63,042 nucleotides of DNA, filler included, from Actinomycetota bacterium (GCA_025963875.1; 4 parts of 4 records of this genome joined end to end with filler, not necessarily neighbours in it), one strand, 5' to 3'. Shown: positions 38,293 to 47,747, counted from the whole stretch's first letter. Numbers and translations are program-made. The notes: generated by a model not told the origin, from the letters alone.

Positions 38293-38706
38293 TTGCTGAA
38301 GAGCCTTCGAGCGGCTGCGGTGGCAGTAGCGTTCATGGTTGGACCCATCGCAATGGTGCCAGGGCCTGCGGAGGCCGCCTCCCAGGTCTGTCATGGCGTC
38401 GACTACGGCGGCTATTCGGACACGACGTGCTACGTGGCGACATGGAGCGCACCTGACCCGGGCGCCTCTGTTGTCGACTGTGTGGTGAGTAACCACACCG
38501 CCGGCGACTACAAGATGGTCATCGTGTTTCACTACGAGGGCGGCCAGTGGACGCCTGTTTCCTCCAACGCAGGCGACTCGGACAGTTGGGTGGAAACCTC
38601 CTACAGCGCCCCGAGTGGCAGCCCGGGGGAGTACCTCTGCTGGGGCGGCATCTATACAAGCAACGGCGGCGCGCTGCTGGATGCTGCCGTGCAGTACCCG
38701 GGCTAG
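38293..38706 (+). CDS. small secreted protein (Cys/Tyr/Trp-rich)
   Basis: AGGGAG RBS before TTG; signal peptide ending PAEA-A; 4 Cys. Confidence 0.7.
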   Translation: MLKSLRAAAVAVAFMVGPIAMVPGPAEAASQVCHGVDYGGYSDTTCYVATWSAPDPGASVVDCVVSNHTAGDYKMVIVFHYEGGQWTPVSSNAGDSDSWVETSYSAPSGSPGEYLCWGGIYTSNGGALLDAAVQYPG

Positions 38707-38830
38707 TTCGCCGCGGCACCCAGGGGGCCGGAGCAGGAGGTTGGGGGCCTAGAGCGCGTATACGCGCGATACGCTCCCAACTTCGGGCCAGGGCCCAGGC
38801 GCTGGCAGCTGTGGGAAGATCCCGGCACCG

Positions 38831-39089
38831 ATGGATGCCGATACGAGCTCCGCGGCGGCTGTCGATACGAGCTCGCTGCCGGCCGCTGACCCCGCCCCCG
38901 CACCCCTAGTCCCGGCCCAGCCGTGGGTCTGGCTCTGGCGCTATCCCTGGGCCGTCGTGCTCGCTCCTCTCGTGGTCTTCATCCGTGGCATCGCCGGGCC
39001 CTCGCTCTACGCGCCGGGCGACGGGGCCCAGCTCTTCATCCCCTGGTTCATCGTGTCGGCCCGGTCGTGGCTGAGCGGGCACCTGCCCA
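38831..39089 (+). CDS. 5' fragment of a YfhO-like / GT-C membrane protein (cut by contig end)
   Basis: TM helix followed by GD...F.PW.....W..GHLP, typical of YfhO N-termini. Confidence 0.6.
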
Positions 39090-39189
39090 NNNNNNNNNNN
39101 NNNNNNNNNNNNNNNNNNNNNNNNNNNNNNNNNTTAATTAATTAANNNNNNNNNNNNNNNNNNNNNNNNNNNNNNNNNNNNNNNNNNNN
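39090..39189. other. artificial contig linker
   Basis: N44-TTAATTAATTAA-N44. Confidence 0.98.
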
Positions 39190-39197
39190 ACAGGCAC

Positions 39198-39980
39198 ATG
39201 CCGAACAACCCCACCGACCAGCAGGTCCAGTACCTCCCCGACGAGCCGGCGCAGCCCGGCGCCGGCGAACAGGTCGGTGAAGCTGCGAGCAAGGCCGCAG
39301 CGCAGGTGAAGGAGGCACTTCCGGACCCGGCCGAGGTCAAAGAGGTGGCGAGCAAGACTGCGGCCCAGGTGAAGGAGGCGCTGCCCGACGCCGAGCAGGT
39401 CAAGAAGGTCGCCGGCAACGCTGCCGCCCAGGTGAAGGAGGCGCTGCCCGACGCCGACCAGGTCAAGGACGTGGCAGGGAAGGCGGTAGCCCAGGTGAAG
39501 GAGGCGCTCCCCGACCCTGCCAAGGTCAAGGCCGTCGCCGGCAACGCTGCGGCTCAGGTGAAGGAGGCCCTCCCGGACGCCGAACAGGTCAAGGACGTGG
39601 CAGGGAAGGCCGTAGCCCAGGTGAAGGCCGCCCTGCCGGATGCCGAGCAGATCCGGGACGAGTTCATCCAGGCAGCTCACCGCATCCAGGAGATCCTGCC
39701 GGACGGCGACGACCTCCGGGCACTGCTGGAGCAGACCATCGAGACGGTGCGCACCGACCCGACCATCAAGGAACACATCGAGGCGGCAGCCGACATCGTC
39801 GCCGGGCGGGTGGAGACCACCGTCGGCCAGGGCATCGACACCGTCGCCGAGAAGGCGAAAACCGTCGTCGAGAAGGTTGGCCTGGAGCCCCTCGGGTACG
39901 TGGCCGAGCGCATCGGCGAGATCGCGAAGGAAGGCGTCGGGGAACTGGTCGAGGATACGAAGAACAAGGCCCTGCAGTAA
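39198..39980 (+). CDS. amphipathic-helix repeat protein (apolipoprotein/LEA-like)
   Basis: Six 21-aa repeats (K/N)AxAQVKEALPDxxQVKxVAG. Confidence 0.85.
   Translation: MPNNPTDQQVQYLPDEPAQPGAGEQVGEAASKAAAQVKEALPDPAEVKEVASKTAAQVKEALPDAEQVKKVAGNAAAQVKEALPDADQVKDVAGKAVAQVKEALPDPAKVKAVAGNAAAQVKEALPDAEQVKDVAGKAVAQVKAALPDAEQIRDEFIQAAHRIQEILPDGDDLRALLEQTIETVRTDPTIKEHIEAAADIVAGRVETTVGQGIDTVAEKAKTVVEKVGLEPLGYVAERIGEIAKEGVGELVEDTKNKALQ
39291..39659 (+). repeat. 63-bp coding tandem repeat, about 6 copies
   Basis: CAGGTGAAGG recurs at 39303, 39366, 39429, 39492, 39555 and 39618. Confidence 0.9.
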
Positions 39981-39982
39981 CC

Positions 39983-40060
39983 ACGTCGTTCCTGTAACCG
40001 GGGACCGGCCGGCTCCGCGCCGCCGGTCCCCGGTGTCGTTCTTTGAGCAGGGAACGACGT
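39983..40060 (+). terminator. nested hairpin / terminator
   Basis: Inner stem ACCGGGGACCGGC/GCCGGTCCCCGGT (39997-40034) within outer ACGTCGTTCC/GGAACGACGT. Confidence 0.6.
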
Positions 40061-40188
40061 CAGGACGTCGCTTTTTACTCACAGAATCTCCCCAGGTCTG
40101 AACGTGTGCACAACGGGGTAGAGCCACTTGCGTTCGACGTCCCTTGGGGGGGATCGATGGCTAGGCACGTGCCGGGTAGGCACGGACG

Positions 40189-40533
40189 ATGAAGACCGCC
40201 GCACTCCTGGGCCTCAAGGCAGTCAACGGCGGGCTGTTCGTGGTGGCGTTCGCGCTCGTCTCCGAGGCACTCAAGCCGAAGCGCTTTGCCGGCCTGTTCT
40301 CGGCAGCCCCGTCGGTGGCACTCGCCAACCTGGCAGTGGTCGTGGCCATGAAAGGCCACGCGGAGGCGATCGCCAACACCAGAGGCATGGTGATCGGTGC
40401 CGTGGCCTTCACGGCGAGCGCTGCCCTCGGTGCCGCCATCGCCCGGCGCCACAGCGTGCGCATGGCCACCCTCGTGGTCTCCGGCACCTGGATTGCCGTC
40501 GCCGTGCCCCTCTACCTGCTCTTCCTGACATGA
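40189..40533 (+). CDS. DUF3147-like small membrane protein
   Basis: 4 TM segments; GG..VV..PK.FAGLF.AAP.VA. Confidence 0.75.
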   Translation: MKTAALLGLKAVNGGLFVVAFALVSEALKPKRFAGLFSAAPSVALANLAVVVAMKGHAEAIANTRGMVIGAVAFTASAALGAAIARRHSVRMATLVVSGTWIAVAVPLYLLFLT

Positions 40534-40982
40534 GCCTCCTCGACCACATCCCCCCGGGCGCGGGCAGCCGACCTGCCGAGCCACCCGTGGGCGCGGATCT
40601 TTCGAAGCTGTCGAAGATCCGGCCGAAGGACATCGCGGTGCGGTTTGTCTTCGGAGCCGCCATCTCCCTCGTCGCCGGCCTCATCTCGCTGGGGTTCGGC
40701 GCCACCGCCGGCGGGATGTTCCTGGCCTTCCCGGCGATCCTTCCGGCGTCGCTGACTCTCGTCGAGAAGAAGGAGGGCACCGAGGCGGCGATCCACGACT
40801 TCGACGGCACGATCCTGGGAGCGGCAGCGCTGGGTGCGTTCGCCCTGGTCGCCGGCGTGGGCCTGCGGGCCGGGAGCGCGGCGCTCGCTCTGCCCGCAGC
40901 CCTCGCGACGTGGCTGGGTGCGTCGCTCGTCGCCTACGGCGTGGTCGAGAGTCTCCGTCGACGGTTCTCAACAACTCCTTGA
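40530..40982 (+). CDS. DUF3147-like small membrane protein (paralog)
   Basis: RFVFGAAIS..AG..GG.FLAFPAILPASLTL; ATGA overlap. Confidence 0.8.
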   Translation: MSLLDHIPPGAGSRPAEPPVGADLSKLSKIRPKDIAVRFVFGAAISLVAGLISLGFGATAGGMFLAFPAILPASLTLVEKKEGTEAAIHDFDGTILGAAALGAFALVAGVGLRAGSAALALPAALATWLGASLVAYGVVESLRRRFSTTP

Positions 40983-41013
40983 GTATTTTCTGGCGCTCTA
41001 CACCACTTTTTAC

Positions 41014-42087
41014 TCACAGAAGCAGTTCGCAGGCGGCCTGGTACGCCTCCCCGGCGTCCACCAGGCGCAGGCAACGATGGTGGCCCTCGGGGCAGACGCT
41101 CTTGTAGCACCACCGGCAGGCGACGTCGTGGGACAGCACGCGGCAGGGCACCATCCACGGCGTGTGCTGGGGGTTCGTGAGCGCATAGAGGTCGACGACG
41201 GGGGTACCGACCGCCGCCGCGACGTGCACGGGCCCGGTGTTGTTGGCCACGAGCAGATCGGCGCGGGCAAGGAGCGCCGCCAGCCCCGCCAGGTCCAGGC
41301 TCCCCGCAACGCTGCGGGAGGGCGCCCCCATTGCCGACCGGACGTCCTCCACCAGCTCGCGCTCGCCCGACGACCCCGTGAACACGATCTGGCAACCCGA
41401 TTCCTCCGACAGGCGCCGGGCGACGGCGGCGAAGCGGCCGGCAGGCCAGCGCCGGGAAGGAGCCGACGCCCCCGGGTGCACCACGACGACCGGCCCGGGT
41501 GAAAGCTCCGCCAGCACCGACGACGTGCGCCGGGAGGCGGCCGCCGGGATCCGGAGGCCGAGGCGCTCGTCGGCCACCCGAAAGCCGGCCGAGCCGACAA
41601 GGTCGAGCTGCCGGCGGACCTCGTGGCGCAGGAGGGCCTCCGGCTCGGGCTCAGGGAGCCAGTCGGTCAGGAGCTGGTACGGGTTCTCACGGCAGTGGGC
41701 CAGCCGGAGCGGGATACCGGCCAGGTGGCACAGCAGCGCGGCAGGGAGGGGGCTCTGGCTGTAGACGGTGAAGATGACCGCGGCGTCGAAGCACCCTTGC
41801 CGAAGGCAGCCGGCCATGGCCAGATCGGCGCTGCCGGTCCGGGGCTGCGATGCCTTCATCCACGGCGCCTCGTAGCAGATGACATCGTCCACCCCCGGCA
41901 GGAGCGAGCCAGCCTCCGCCCCCGCCGGCGAGGTCAGGAGCGTGAGGCTGCGGGCTTCAGTTGATCCGGCGCCTTGAGGGGCGCCTCGGGAACCGGCGAG
42001 CGCCCGGATCGCGGGGCCGGTCATGACCACGTCGCCCATGGCGTCGAGCCGCACGGCCAGCACCCGCCGCGCGTGCTGCCACGCCAC
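41014..42087 (-). CDS. glycosyltransferase family 9 (heptosyltransferase-like)
   Basis: VRLDAMGDV, HPGASAPSRRWP, NNTGPVHVAAAVGTP, C-terminal Cys cluster. Confidence 0.92.
   Translation of the reverse strand: MAWQHARRVLAVRLDAMGDVVMTGPAIRALAGSRGAPQGAGSTEARSLTLLTSPAGAEAGSLLPGVDDVICYEAPWMKASQPRTGSADLAMAGCLRQGCFDAAVIFTVYSQSPLPAALLCHLAGIPLRLAHCRENPYQLLTDWLPEPEPEALLRHEVRRQLDLVGSAGFRVADERLGLRIPAAASRRTSSVLAELSPGPVVVVHPGASAPSRRWPAGRFAAVARRLSEESGCQIVFTGSSGERELVEDVRSAMGAPSRSVAGSLDLAGLAALLARADLLVANNTGPVHVAAAVGTPVVDLYALTNPQHTPWMVPCRVLSHDVACRWCYKSVCPEGHHRCLRLVDAGEAYQAACELLL
41964..41990. repeat. third copy of the palindromic repeat, in frame inside the GT9 gene
   Basis: ATCCGGCGCCTTGAGGGGCGCCTCGG is identical to 25387-25412. 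Confidence 0.85.
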
Positions 42088-42091
42088 CCCG

Positions 42092-43555
42092 TCAGCCCGG
42101 AGCGACGCGGATCCGGTCGATGATCCGGCTCGTCGACCGGTCAGCCTCGTACGGGAGGAGGACCACCGTGCCCCCGAGCTCTTCGACGACGGCTGCCTCG
42201 GGCAGGAGCTCCCGGGTGTAGTCGCCCCCCTTCGCGAAGACGTGGGGACGTACGGAGCGGATGAGTCGGCTGGGGTCGTCCTCGCCGAAGGCGACGACGT
42301 GGTCGACGCACGACAGCGCCGCCAGGACCTCGATGCGGTCCTCGAGATGGTTGATCGGCCGCTCGGCACCTTTGAGGCGCCGTACCCCCGCATCGGTGTT
42401 GACGCCGACGACGAGGACGTCGCCGAGCGCCTTCGCCCGGTTGAGGTACGTGGTGTGGCCCCGGTGCAGGATGTCGAAGCACCCGTTGGTGAACACGATC
42501 CGGTGGCCCTGGGCACGGTGGAACGCCATCCGCTCGGCTACCTGCTCGGCACCCAGCAGCTTGCCCCCCGGGCCGAGCATCTCCGCCACCTCGGCGGCGG
42601 AGCAGGTGGCGGTCCCCTCCTTGGCCATGACGACGGCGGCGGCGGCCGATGCAAGCTCGGCCGCGCTCGGCGTGTCCGCGCCGGCGGCGAGGGCGAGCGT
42701 CAGCACCGTGAGGTAGGTGTCGCCTGCGCCGGCGGCCCGCAGCTGGGGATGGGGCCGGGCGTGCGTGCGGTGGGGCGGCCGGCCGCGCTCGAACACCAGC
42801 GCCCCGTCGGCGTCCAGCGTCACGGCGACGATGTCGGCCCCGCAGCGCTCCAGCAGCCGCTCCCCCTGCTCGGCCATCCACGGCGCGCGCGAGCCGGGAC
42901 CCCCCGGCGGCGTTGAGCCCAGCATCGAGACGGCCTGCGCAAAGTTGGGCTTCACGACGGTGACCCCGGCCCGCGCGTAGCGGACCAGGTGCTTGGCATC
43001 CACGGCCAGCAGCCGGGGCTCCGCCGCCTGGAGACGACCCAGCGTGGCGACGACTCCCGGGGTGAGCACGCCGTAGCCGTAGTCGGAGACCACCACCGCG
43101 TCGCAGGAGGCAAACGCCTCCGCCAGGGTGCCCGCCATGACCTCCTGGCTCTCGGCATCGATTGGCGACGTCGTTCCGTCGTCGAAGCGCACGAGCATGT
43201 GGCGCTCGCTCATCACCCGCGTCTTGGAGAGCGTCCGGCGCAGGGGTCGGGCTTGCACGCCGCCGGTGTCGACGCCCGACCGGCGCAGGGCCCTCGTGAG
43301 GCGATGACCCTCGGGGTCGTCGCCCACGACCGACAGCAGGCGCACCTGGGCACCGAGGCCTGCGGCGTTCGCTGCCACGTTCGCTGCCCCACCGGGCGCC
43401 TCGTCCGAGCGGTACACCGCCACGACGGGCACCGGCGCCTCCTGGGCGAGCCGCCCCGAGCTGCCCGACACGTACGCGTCGAGCATGGCGTCGCCGATCA
43501 CGACCACCTTGAGCCCCCGCAGGCTCCCGGCGAGATGCGGCAGGGCAAGGCTCAT
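42092..43555 (-). CDS. hldE: bifunctional heptose-7-phosphate kinase / heptose-1-phosphate adenylyltransferase
   Basis: GDAMLD.Y..R...EAPVPV..PGGAANVA, SDYGYG, GAGDT; FTNGCFDILHRGH, KGGDY. Confidence 0.95.
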   Translation of the reverse strand: MSLALPHLAGSLRGLKVVVIGDAMLDAYVSGSSGRLAQEAPVPVVAVYRSDEAPGGAANVAANAAGLGAQVRLLSVVGDDPEGHRLTRALRRSGVDTGGVQARPLRRTLSKTRVMSERHMLVRFDDGTTSPIDAESQEVMAGTLAEAFASCDAVVVSDYGYGVLTPGVVATLGRLQAAEPRLLAVDAKHLVRYARAGVTVVKPNFAQAVSMLGSTPPGGPGSRAPWMAEQGERLLERCGADIVAVTLDADGALVFERGRPPHRTHARPHPQLRAAGAGDTYLTVLTLALAAGADTPSAAELASAAAAVVMAKEGTATCSAAEVAEMLGPGGKLLGAEQVAERMAFHRAQGHRIVFTNGCFDILHRGHTTYLNRAKALGDVLVVGVNTDAGVRRLKGAERPINHLEDRIEVLAALSCVDHVVAFGEDDPSRLIRSVRPHVFAKGGDYTRELLPEAAVVEELGGTVVLLPYEADRSTSRIIDRIRVAPG

Positions 43556-43559
43556 GTGC

Positions 43560-44129
43560 TCACCCGACCTCGAGGCGAGAGCCCCGCAGGATCATCGAGG
43601 CCGCGTGGTGGAGGTCGTCCGCCAGCATGTCCGGCATTCTCTCGGGGCTCAGCTGCCATTCGGTCTCGCCGCCGTTGTCGAGGAGGACGGTCCCGCAGCC
43701 CGCGGACCGGCCAGCTTCGACGTCGTCGAGAATGTCGCCGATCATCCACGATGCGGCGAGGTCGATCCGGAGCTCCTCGGCCGCGCGCCGCAGCAGCCCC
43801 GGCTGTGGCTTCCGGCAGGAACATCCGGCCGCAAGGTGGGGGCAGGAGTAGAAGCCCGCCAGCGGGACGCCTTCCCGTGCGAGCAGCCGACGGAGATGGT
43901 GCTCGACGTGGACGAGCGCCTCCGCGGCGAACATGCCACGGGCGACGCCCGACTGGTTCGTGACCACCACCAGCCGGAACCCGGCCCGGTGGAGCATGCC
44001 CAGGCCGGCCCCCGCCCGTGCCGTGAGGCAGATCCGGTCCGGGTCGACGTTGTAGGGCACGTCCTCCACCAGCGTCCCGTCCTTGTCCAGGAAGACAGCC
44101 CGGCGCCGGTGAAAGCGGTTCAGGGCCAC
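43560..44129 (-). CDS. gmhB: heptose-1,7-bisphosphate phosphatase (HAD IIIA)
   Basis: FLDKDGTL, TNQSG, CPH..CSCRKP.PG, MIGD..DD. Confidence 0.92.
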   Translation of the reverse strand: MALNRFHRRRAVFLDKDGTLVEDVPYNVDPDRICLTARAGAGLGMLHRAGFRLVVVTNQSGVARGMFAAEALVHVEHHLRRLLAREGVPLAGFYSCPHLAAGCSCRKPQPGLLRRAAEELRIDLAASWMIGDILDDVEAGRSAGCGTVLLDNGGETEWQLSPERMPDMLADDLHHAASMILRGSRLEVG

Positions 44130-44881
44130 GAGGTCTCCCGCATCGGCAGGACGGTCACCTCCGGGATCACCGTCCCGTCCGGCTGCGTCAGAACGAACAG
44201 GATGGTCCGTGCCACGCTGGCCGGGTCCTGGAGCACACCTGGATCGAGATCCGGGAAGCGTTCGAACAGGAAGGGGGTCCGCATGCCACCGGCCACGACC
44301 GCCGTGACCTTGATCCCCAGCGGCCTGGCCTCGGTGTGGAGGGCGTGGCTGAAGCCCAGCAGGCCCCACTTGCTCGCATGGTAGGCGGACGCATTCGGCC
44401 AGGACCGCTTGGCGGCGGTGGAGGCAACGTTGACGATGTGGCCGCCAGCCCGTTGCCGCATGTGCGGGAAGACGGCACGCGCCATGGCCACCGGCCCCCT
44501 GAGGTTGACGTCGAGGATACGGTCGAAGGTCTCCACCGGCATCTCGTCGAAGGGCAGCGTGGCGTCGATGCCGGCGTTGTTGATCAGGACGTCCACGCTT
44601 CCATAGACCTCGAGCGTCTCCTCGACCACCGCGTCCGCCTGGTGCTGGTCGGCCACGTCCAGGGGGAGGCCCCTGGCTTCGCCACCGCCGGCGCGGATGG
44701 CGTCGGCCACCGCTTCCGCGGCCTCGGTCCGGATGTCGCAGGCAACCACGCTGGCCCCCGCCTCCGCCAGGCAGGTGCAGACCGCCTCACCGAGGCCACG
44801 CCCGCCCCCGGTGACGATTGCCACCCTGCCGGCCAGGGGCTGGTCGAGCGTGCCGGACCTTCTGTCGAGGAGATCGCTCAT
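44120..44881 (-). CDS. SDR family oxidoreductase
   Basis: TGGGRGLG, NNAG, YHASK (YxxxK). Confidence 0.93.
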   Translation of the reverse strand: MSDLLDRRSGTLDQPLAGRVAIVTGGGRGLGEAVCTCLAEAGASVVACDIRTEAAEAVADAIRAGGGEARGLPLDVADQHQADAVVEETLEVYGSVDVLINNAGIDATLPFDEMPVETFDRILDVNLRGPVAMARAVFPHMRQRAGGHIVNVASTAAKRSWPNASAYHASKWGLLGFSHALHTEARPLGIKVTAVVAGGMRTPFLFERFPDLDPGVLQDPASVARTILFVLTQPDGTVIPEVTVLPMRETSWP

Positions 44882-46800
44882 TGGCCGGCCGCCATGTCCC
44901 GCTCGGCAACACCGGCACCGGCGTCGAGCGAAGCAAGGCGGAGCGGCGGGCCCTCGCTCCACCGCTGCTCGCTGAAGAGCAGGTCCTCGACGAGCTCGCA
45001 GATCAAATGGATGGCCAAGATGTGCACCTCCTGTATCCGTTGGGTGTCCGTGGATGGGATGACGAGGCTGCAGCCGGCAAGCTGGCGGAGGGGACCGCCG
45101 TCCCGGCCGAGGATGGCCAGGGTGTCCACACCGAGGCTGGTGGCTCTGCGGAACGCGCGGAGGAGGTTCTCGGAGCGCCCGCTCGTGCTGATGCCCACGA
45201 CGAGGTCCCCGGGGCGGGCGAGGGCCTCGACCTGGCGCTCGAAGACCGCCTCGTACCCGGCGTCGTTCGACCAGCAGGTGAGCACCGAGCTGTCGGCGGT
45301 GAGTGCCAGTGCCGCCAGCGCCGGGCGGTCCGCCAGCTTGAATCGCCCGACAAGCTCGCCGACGAAATGCTGGGCGTCGGCGGCACTGCCGCCGTTGCCG
45401 CAGACCAGCACCTTGCCCCGGCGCGCGAGGCAGCCCGCCACGGTATGCGCGGCGTCGAGAATGGAACCCGGGAGCAGCCGGGCCGCGTCCTCTAAGGCCG
45501 CCCGCGACTCGGTGAAGCCGCCATCGATCAGGCGCCGAAGCCGCCCGTCGTTGTGACGGCGCCCCCGCGCCGAAAGGAGCTCCTCGTAGAGCGACGCTAT
45601 CGAGTGGGTGACCCCCTGCCAGCTGAACAGGTCGCGGGCACGCCGGGTGCCCTGCCTGCCCAGGAGGACCAGCAGCTTGGGGTGCTGGAGGAGATGGGCC
45701 AGGCGCTCGCCGAGCGCGTCGGGGTCCTTCGGGGGCACGAGGTAGCCGGTCTCGCCGTCACGCACCGTGAATTTGATCCCCCCGACGTTCGAGCCGATCA
45801 CCGGCGTCCCGCACGCCATCGCCTCGAGCGGCGTGATGCCGAAGGGCTCGTACCAGGGGGTCGTGACGAAGATGTCGGCGGCGCTGTAGTAGAGCTTCAA
45901 CGCGTCCCTCCCCCGGCGCCCGGTGAACGTGACGGCATCCGCCACCCCCTCGGCCCTGGCGATGTCCTGAAGGCGGCCGATCTCGGGGGTACGTTGCGGG
46001 TCCGGCTCGTCGCTGTCCCCACCCACGATGACGAGGCGCGCCGGGATGCCGTGGTGCCGAACCAGGCGGGCGAAGCCCTGGACGACGTTGTCCGCGCCCT
46101 TGCGGGCCACCAGGCGCCCGAGGTGCAGCACGATCGGCCGGTCTGCCGGCAGGCCGAGGTGCGCCCGGGCCAGCGGCTTCGCCACGGGCCACAGCTCACC
46201 GGGATCGACGCCTCCGGGGATGATGGTGATGCGGGCCGGGTCCGCGTTGTAGAGGTTGACGAGGTCCTCCTGGTCCTGCGGGCACTCGGCGATGATGTGG
46301 TCGGCCTCGGCAACGCAGCGGTCCTCGATGGCGAAGCGCTCGTCGGAGAACTGGTCGGCCGCCCCCTGGTACTGGCGGCGCACCCGCCCGAGCGCATGGA
46401 AGGTGACGACGAACGGCATCCCGAAGTGCGCCTTCATCTCGGCCCCCGTCATCGCCGACATGAAGAAGTTCGCGTGGACGACGTCGTAGCCCCGTTCCTG
46501 GCGGGCGGCGAAGCGAAGGACCTGGGACGTGAACCTGGGCATGAGCCCGAGGAGCTGCTCCTTGGGGACCGGCGACGCGGGGCCGGCCCGGACGTGGACG
46601 ATGCGGACACCGTTGACCCAGTCGGCCACGTCCGGGAGCAGGTCGCTGTCCCGCCGGGTGAAGAGGTCGACGTCGTAGCCGATTGCGGCAAGGTTGCGGG
46701 CGACCTGGCCCACGTAGACGTTCTGGCCGCCGCTGTCCACCCCGCCCAACAGCCCCAGGGGTGACGCGTGCTCGCTGATGATCGCGATCCTGCGGGTCAT
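44878..46800 (-). CDS. GT4 (MshA-like) glycosyltransferase fused to a SIS-domain phosphoheptose isomerase (GmhA)
   Basis: DSGGQNVYV, HANFFMS, EPFGITPLEAMACG; then CGNGGSAADAQHF..EL, ND.GY..VFERQV, ISTSGRS.N, IQEVH. Confidence 0.92.
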   Translation of the reverse strand: MTRRIAIISEHASPLGLLGGVDSGGQNVYVGQVARNLAAIGYDVDLFTRRDSDLLPDVADWVNGVRIVHVRAGPASPVPKEQLLGLMPRFTSQVLRFAARQERGYDVVHANFFMSAMTGAEMKAHFGMPFVVTFHALGRVRRQYQGAADQFSDERFAIEDRCVAEADHIIAECPQDQEDLVNLYNADPARITIIPGGVDPGELWPVAKPLARAHLGLPADRPIVLHLGRLVARKGADNVVQGFARLVRHHGIPARLVIVGGDSDEPDPQRTPEIGRLQDIARAEGVADAVTFTGRRGRDALKLYYSAADIFVTTPWYEPFGITPLEAMACGTPVIGSNVGGIKFTVRDGETGYLVPPKDPDALGERLAHLLQHPKLLVLLGRQGTRRARDLFSWQGVTHSIASLYEELLSARGRRHNDGRLRRLIDGGFTESRAALEDAARLLPGSILDAAHTVAGCLARRGKVLVCGNGGSAADAQHFVGELVGRFKLADRPALAALALTADSSVLTCWSNDAGYEAVFERQVEALARPGDLVVGISTSGRSENLLRAFRRATSLGVDTLAILGRDGGPLRQLAGCSLVIPSTDTQRIQEVHILAIHLICELVEDLLFSEQRWSEGPPLRLASLDAGAGVAERDMAAGQ

Positions 46801-47747
46801 CGCAGCACCCCGAGAGACGTATCGATCACTTCCAGCACCTCCCCGACGCCGATGCCGAGCAGGCCGGCGTCGGGCTCGGCCGCGTGGGGATCGCCGGTCG
46901 TGCCCTTCCAGAGCACGCGATGGCACCGGCCGACCGGCGGGCCCCACCGCGCCGGCGACGTCGGCCCGAAGAGGACCACCGACGGGGTGCCGAGGGCGGT
47001 GGCGAGGTGGGCGATGCCGGTGTCCCCGCACACCACGAGTGCGGCCGCTGCGACGAGCGCCGTGAGTTGCAGGAGGGTCGTGCGCCCGGCCAGCACGAAA
47101 TCCGGGTTCAGGCTGGCCTCCCGCGCGATGGCGAGGGCGAGCGGCCGCTCCCTGGCGTCGCCCGTGAGGACCACGTGCCGGCCGGCGAGGGCCTGCGCGC
47201 GGGCCACCGCCGCCCACCGCTCCGGCGGCCACTGGCGAGCGCGGCTGGAGGCGCCGGGGTGGACGACGATTGCGGCCCGCAACCGGTCCGGCACGTCGAG
47301 GGAGGAGGCGTCGATGTGCAGCGTCTCCGGGTCGGCACCGATCCCCGTCTCGGACAGGAGGCGGCACCAGCGCCGGGTCTCGTGCTCCTCCCAGCGCCAG
47401 TCCGGCGACCCGTCGGACTCCGGGACGGCCGGGTGCGAGAAACCGATGAGGCAGCCCGGTCTCGTCTCGAGCAGCAGGCGATGGCTCTGGGGCCCCCGGC
47501 CGTGCAGGTTCACCGCCACCTGGGGCCGGTCGAGCCTGGAGGTCAGGTGCTGCAGCGGTCCGACGTCGACCAGGGAGAAGCCGCAGCCGGAGAGCTCCAC
47601 AAGCGGCCGGAGCACCTCGGGGGCCGCCAGCAGCCGTTCGTGCTGCGGGAACCCCGCCGTCAGTGCCCGGAGGGCGGGCAGACCCGTGAGGAAGTCGCCA
47701 AGGCCGAGGGCCCGGAGGGCCAGAAGCCGGGGGCGCGCGGCCTTCAT
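46797..47747 (-). CDS. glycosyltransferase family 9
   Basis: LRALGLGD, HPGASS.ARQWP, GDTGIAHLATALGTP. Confidence 0.92.
   Translation of the reverse strand: MKAARPRLLALRALGLGDFLTGLPALRALTAGFPQHERLLAAPEVLRPLVELSGCGFSLVDVGPLQHLTSRLDRPQVAVNLHGRGPQSHRLLLETRPGCLIGFSHPAVPESDGSPDWRWEEHETRRWCRLLSETGIGADPETLHIDASSLDVPDRLRAAIVVHPGASSRARQWPPERWAAVARAQALAGRHVVLTGDARERPLALAIAREASLNPDFVLAGRTTLLQLTALVAAAALVVCGDTGIAHLATALGTPSVVLFGPTSPARWGPPVGRCHRVLWKGTTGDPHAAEPDAGLLGIGVGEVLEVIDTSLGVLR

Noticed and set aside
39291..39659. Regularly spaced repeats resembling a CRISPR array
   Set aside because: 63-bp in-frame coding repeats with no unique spacers and no cas genes
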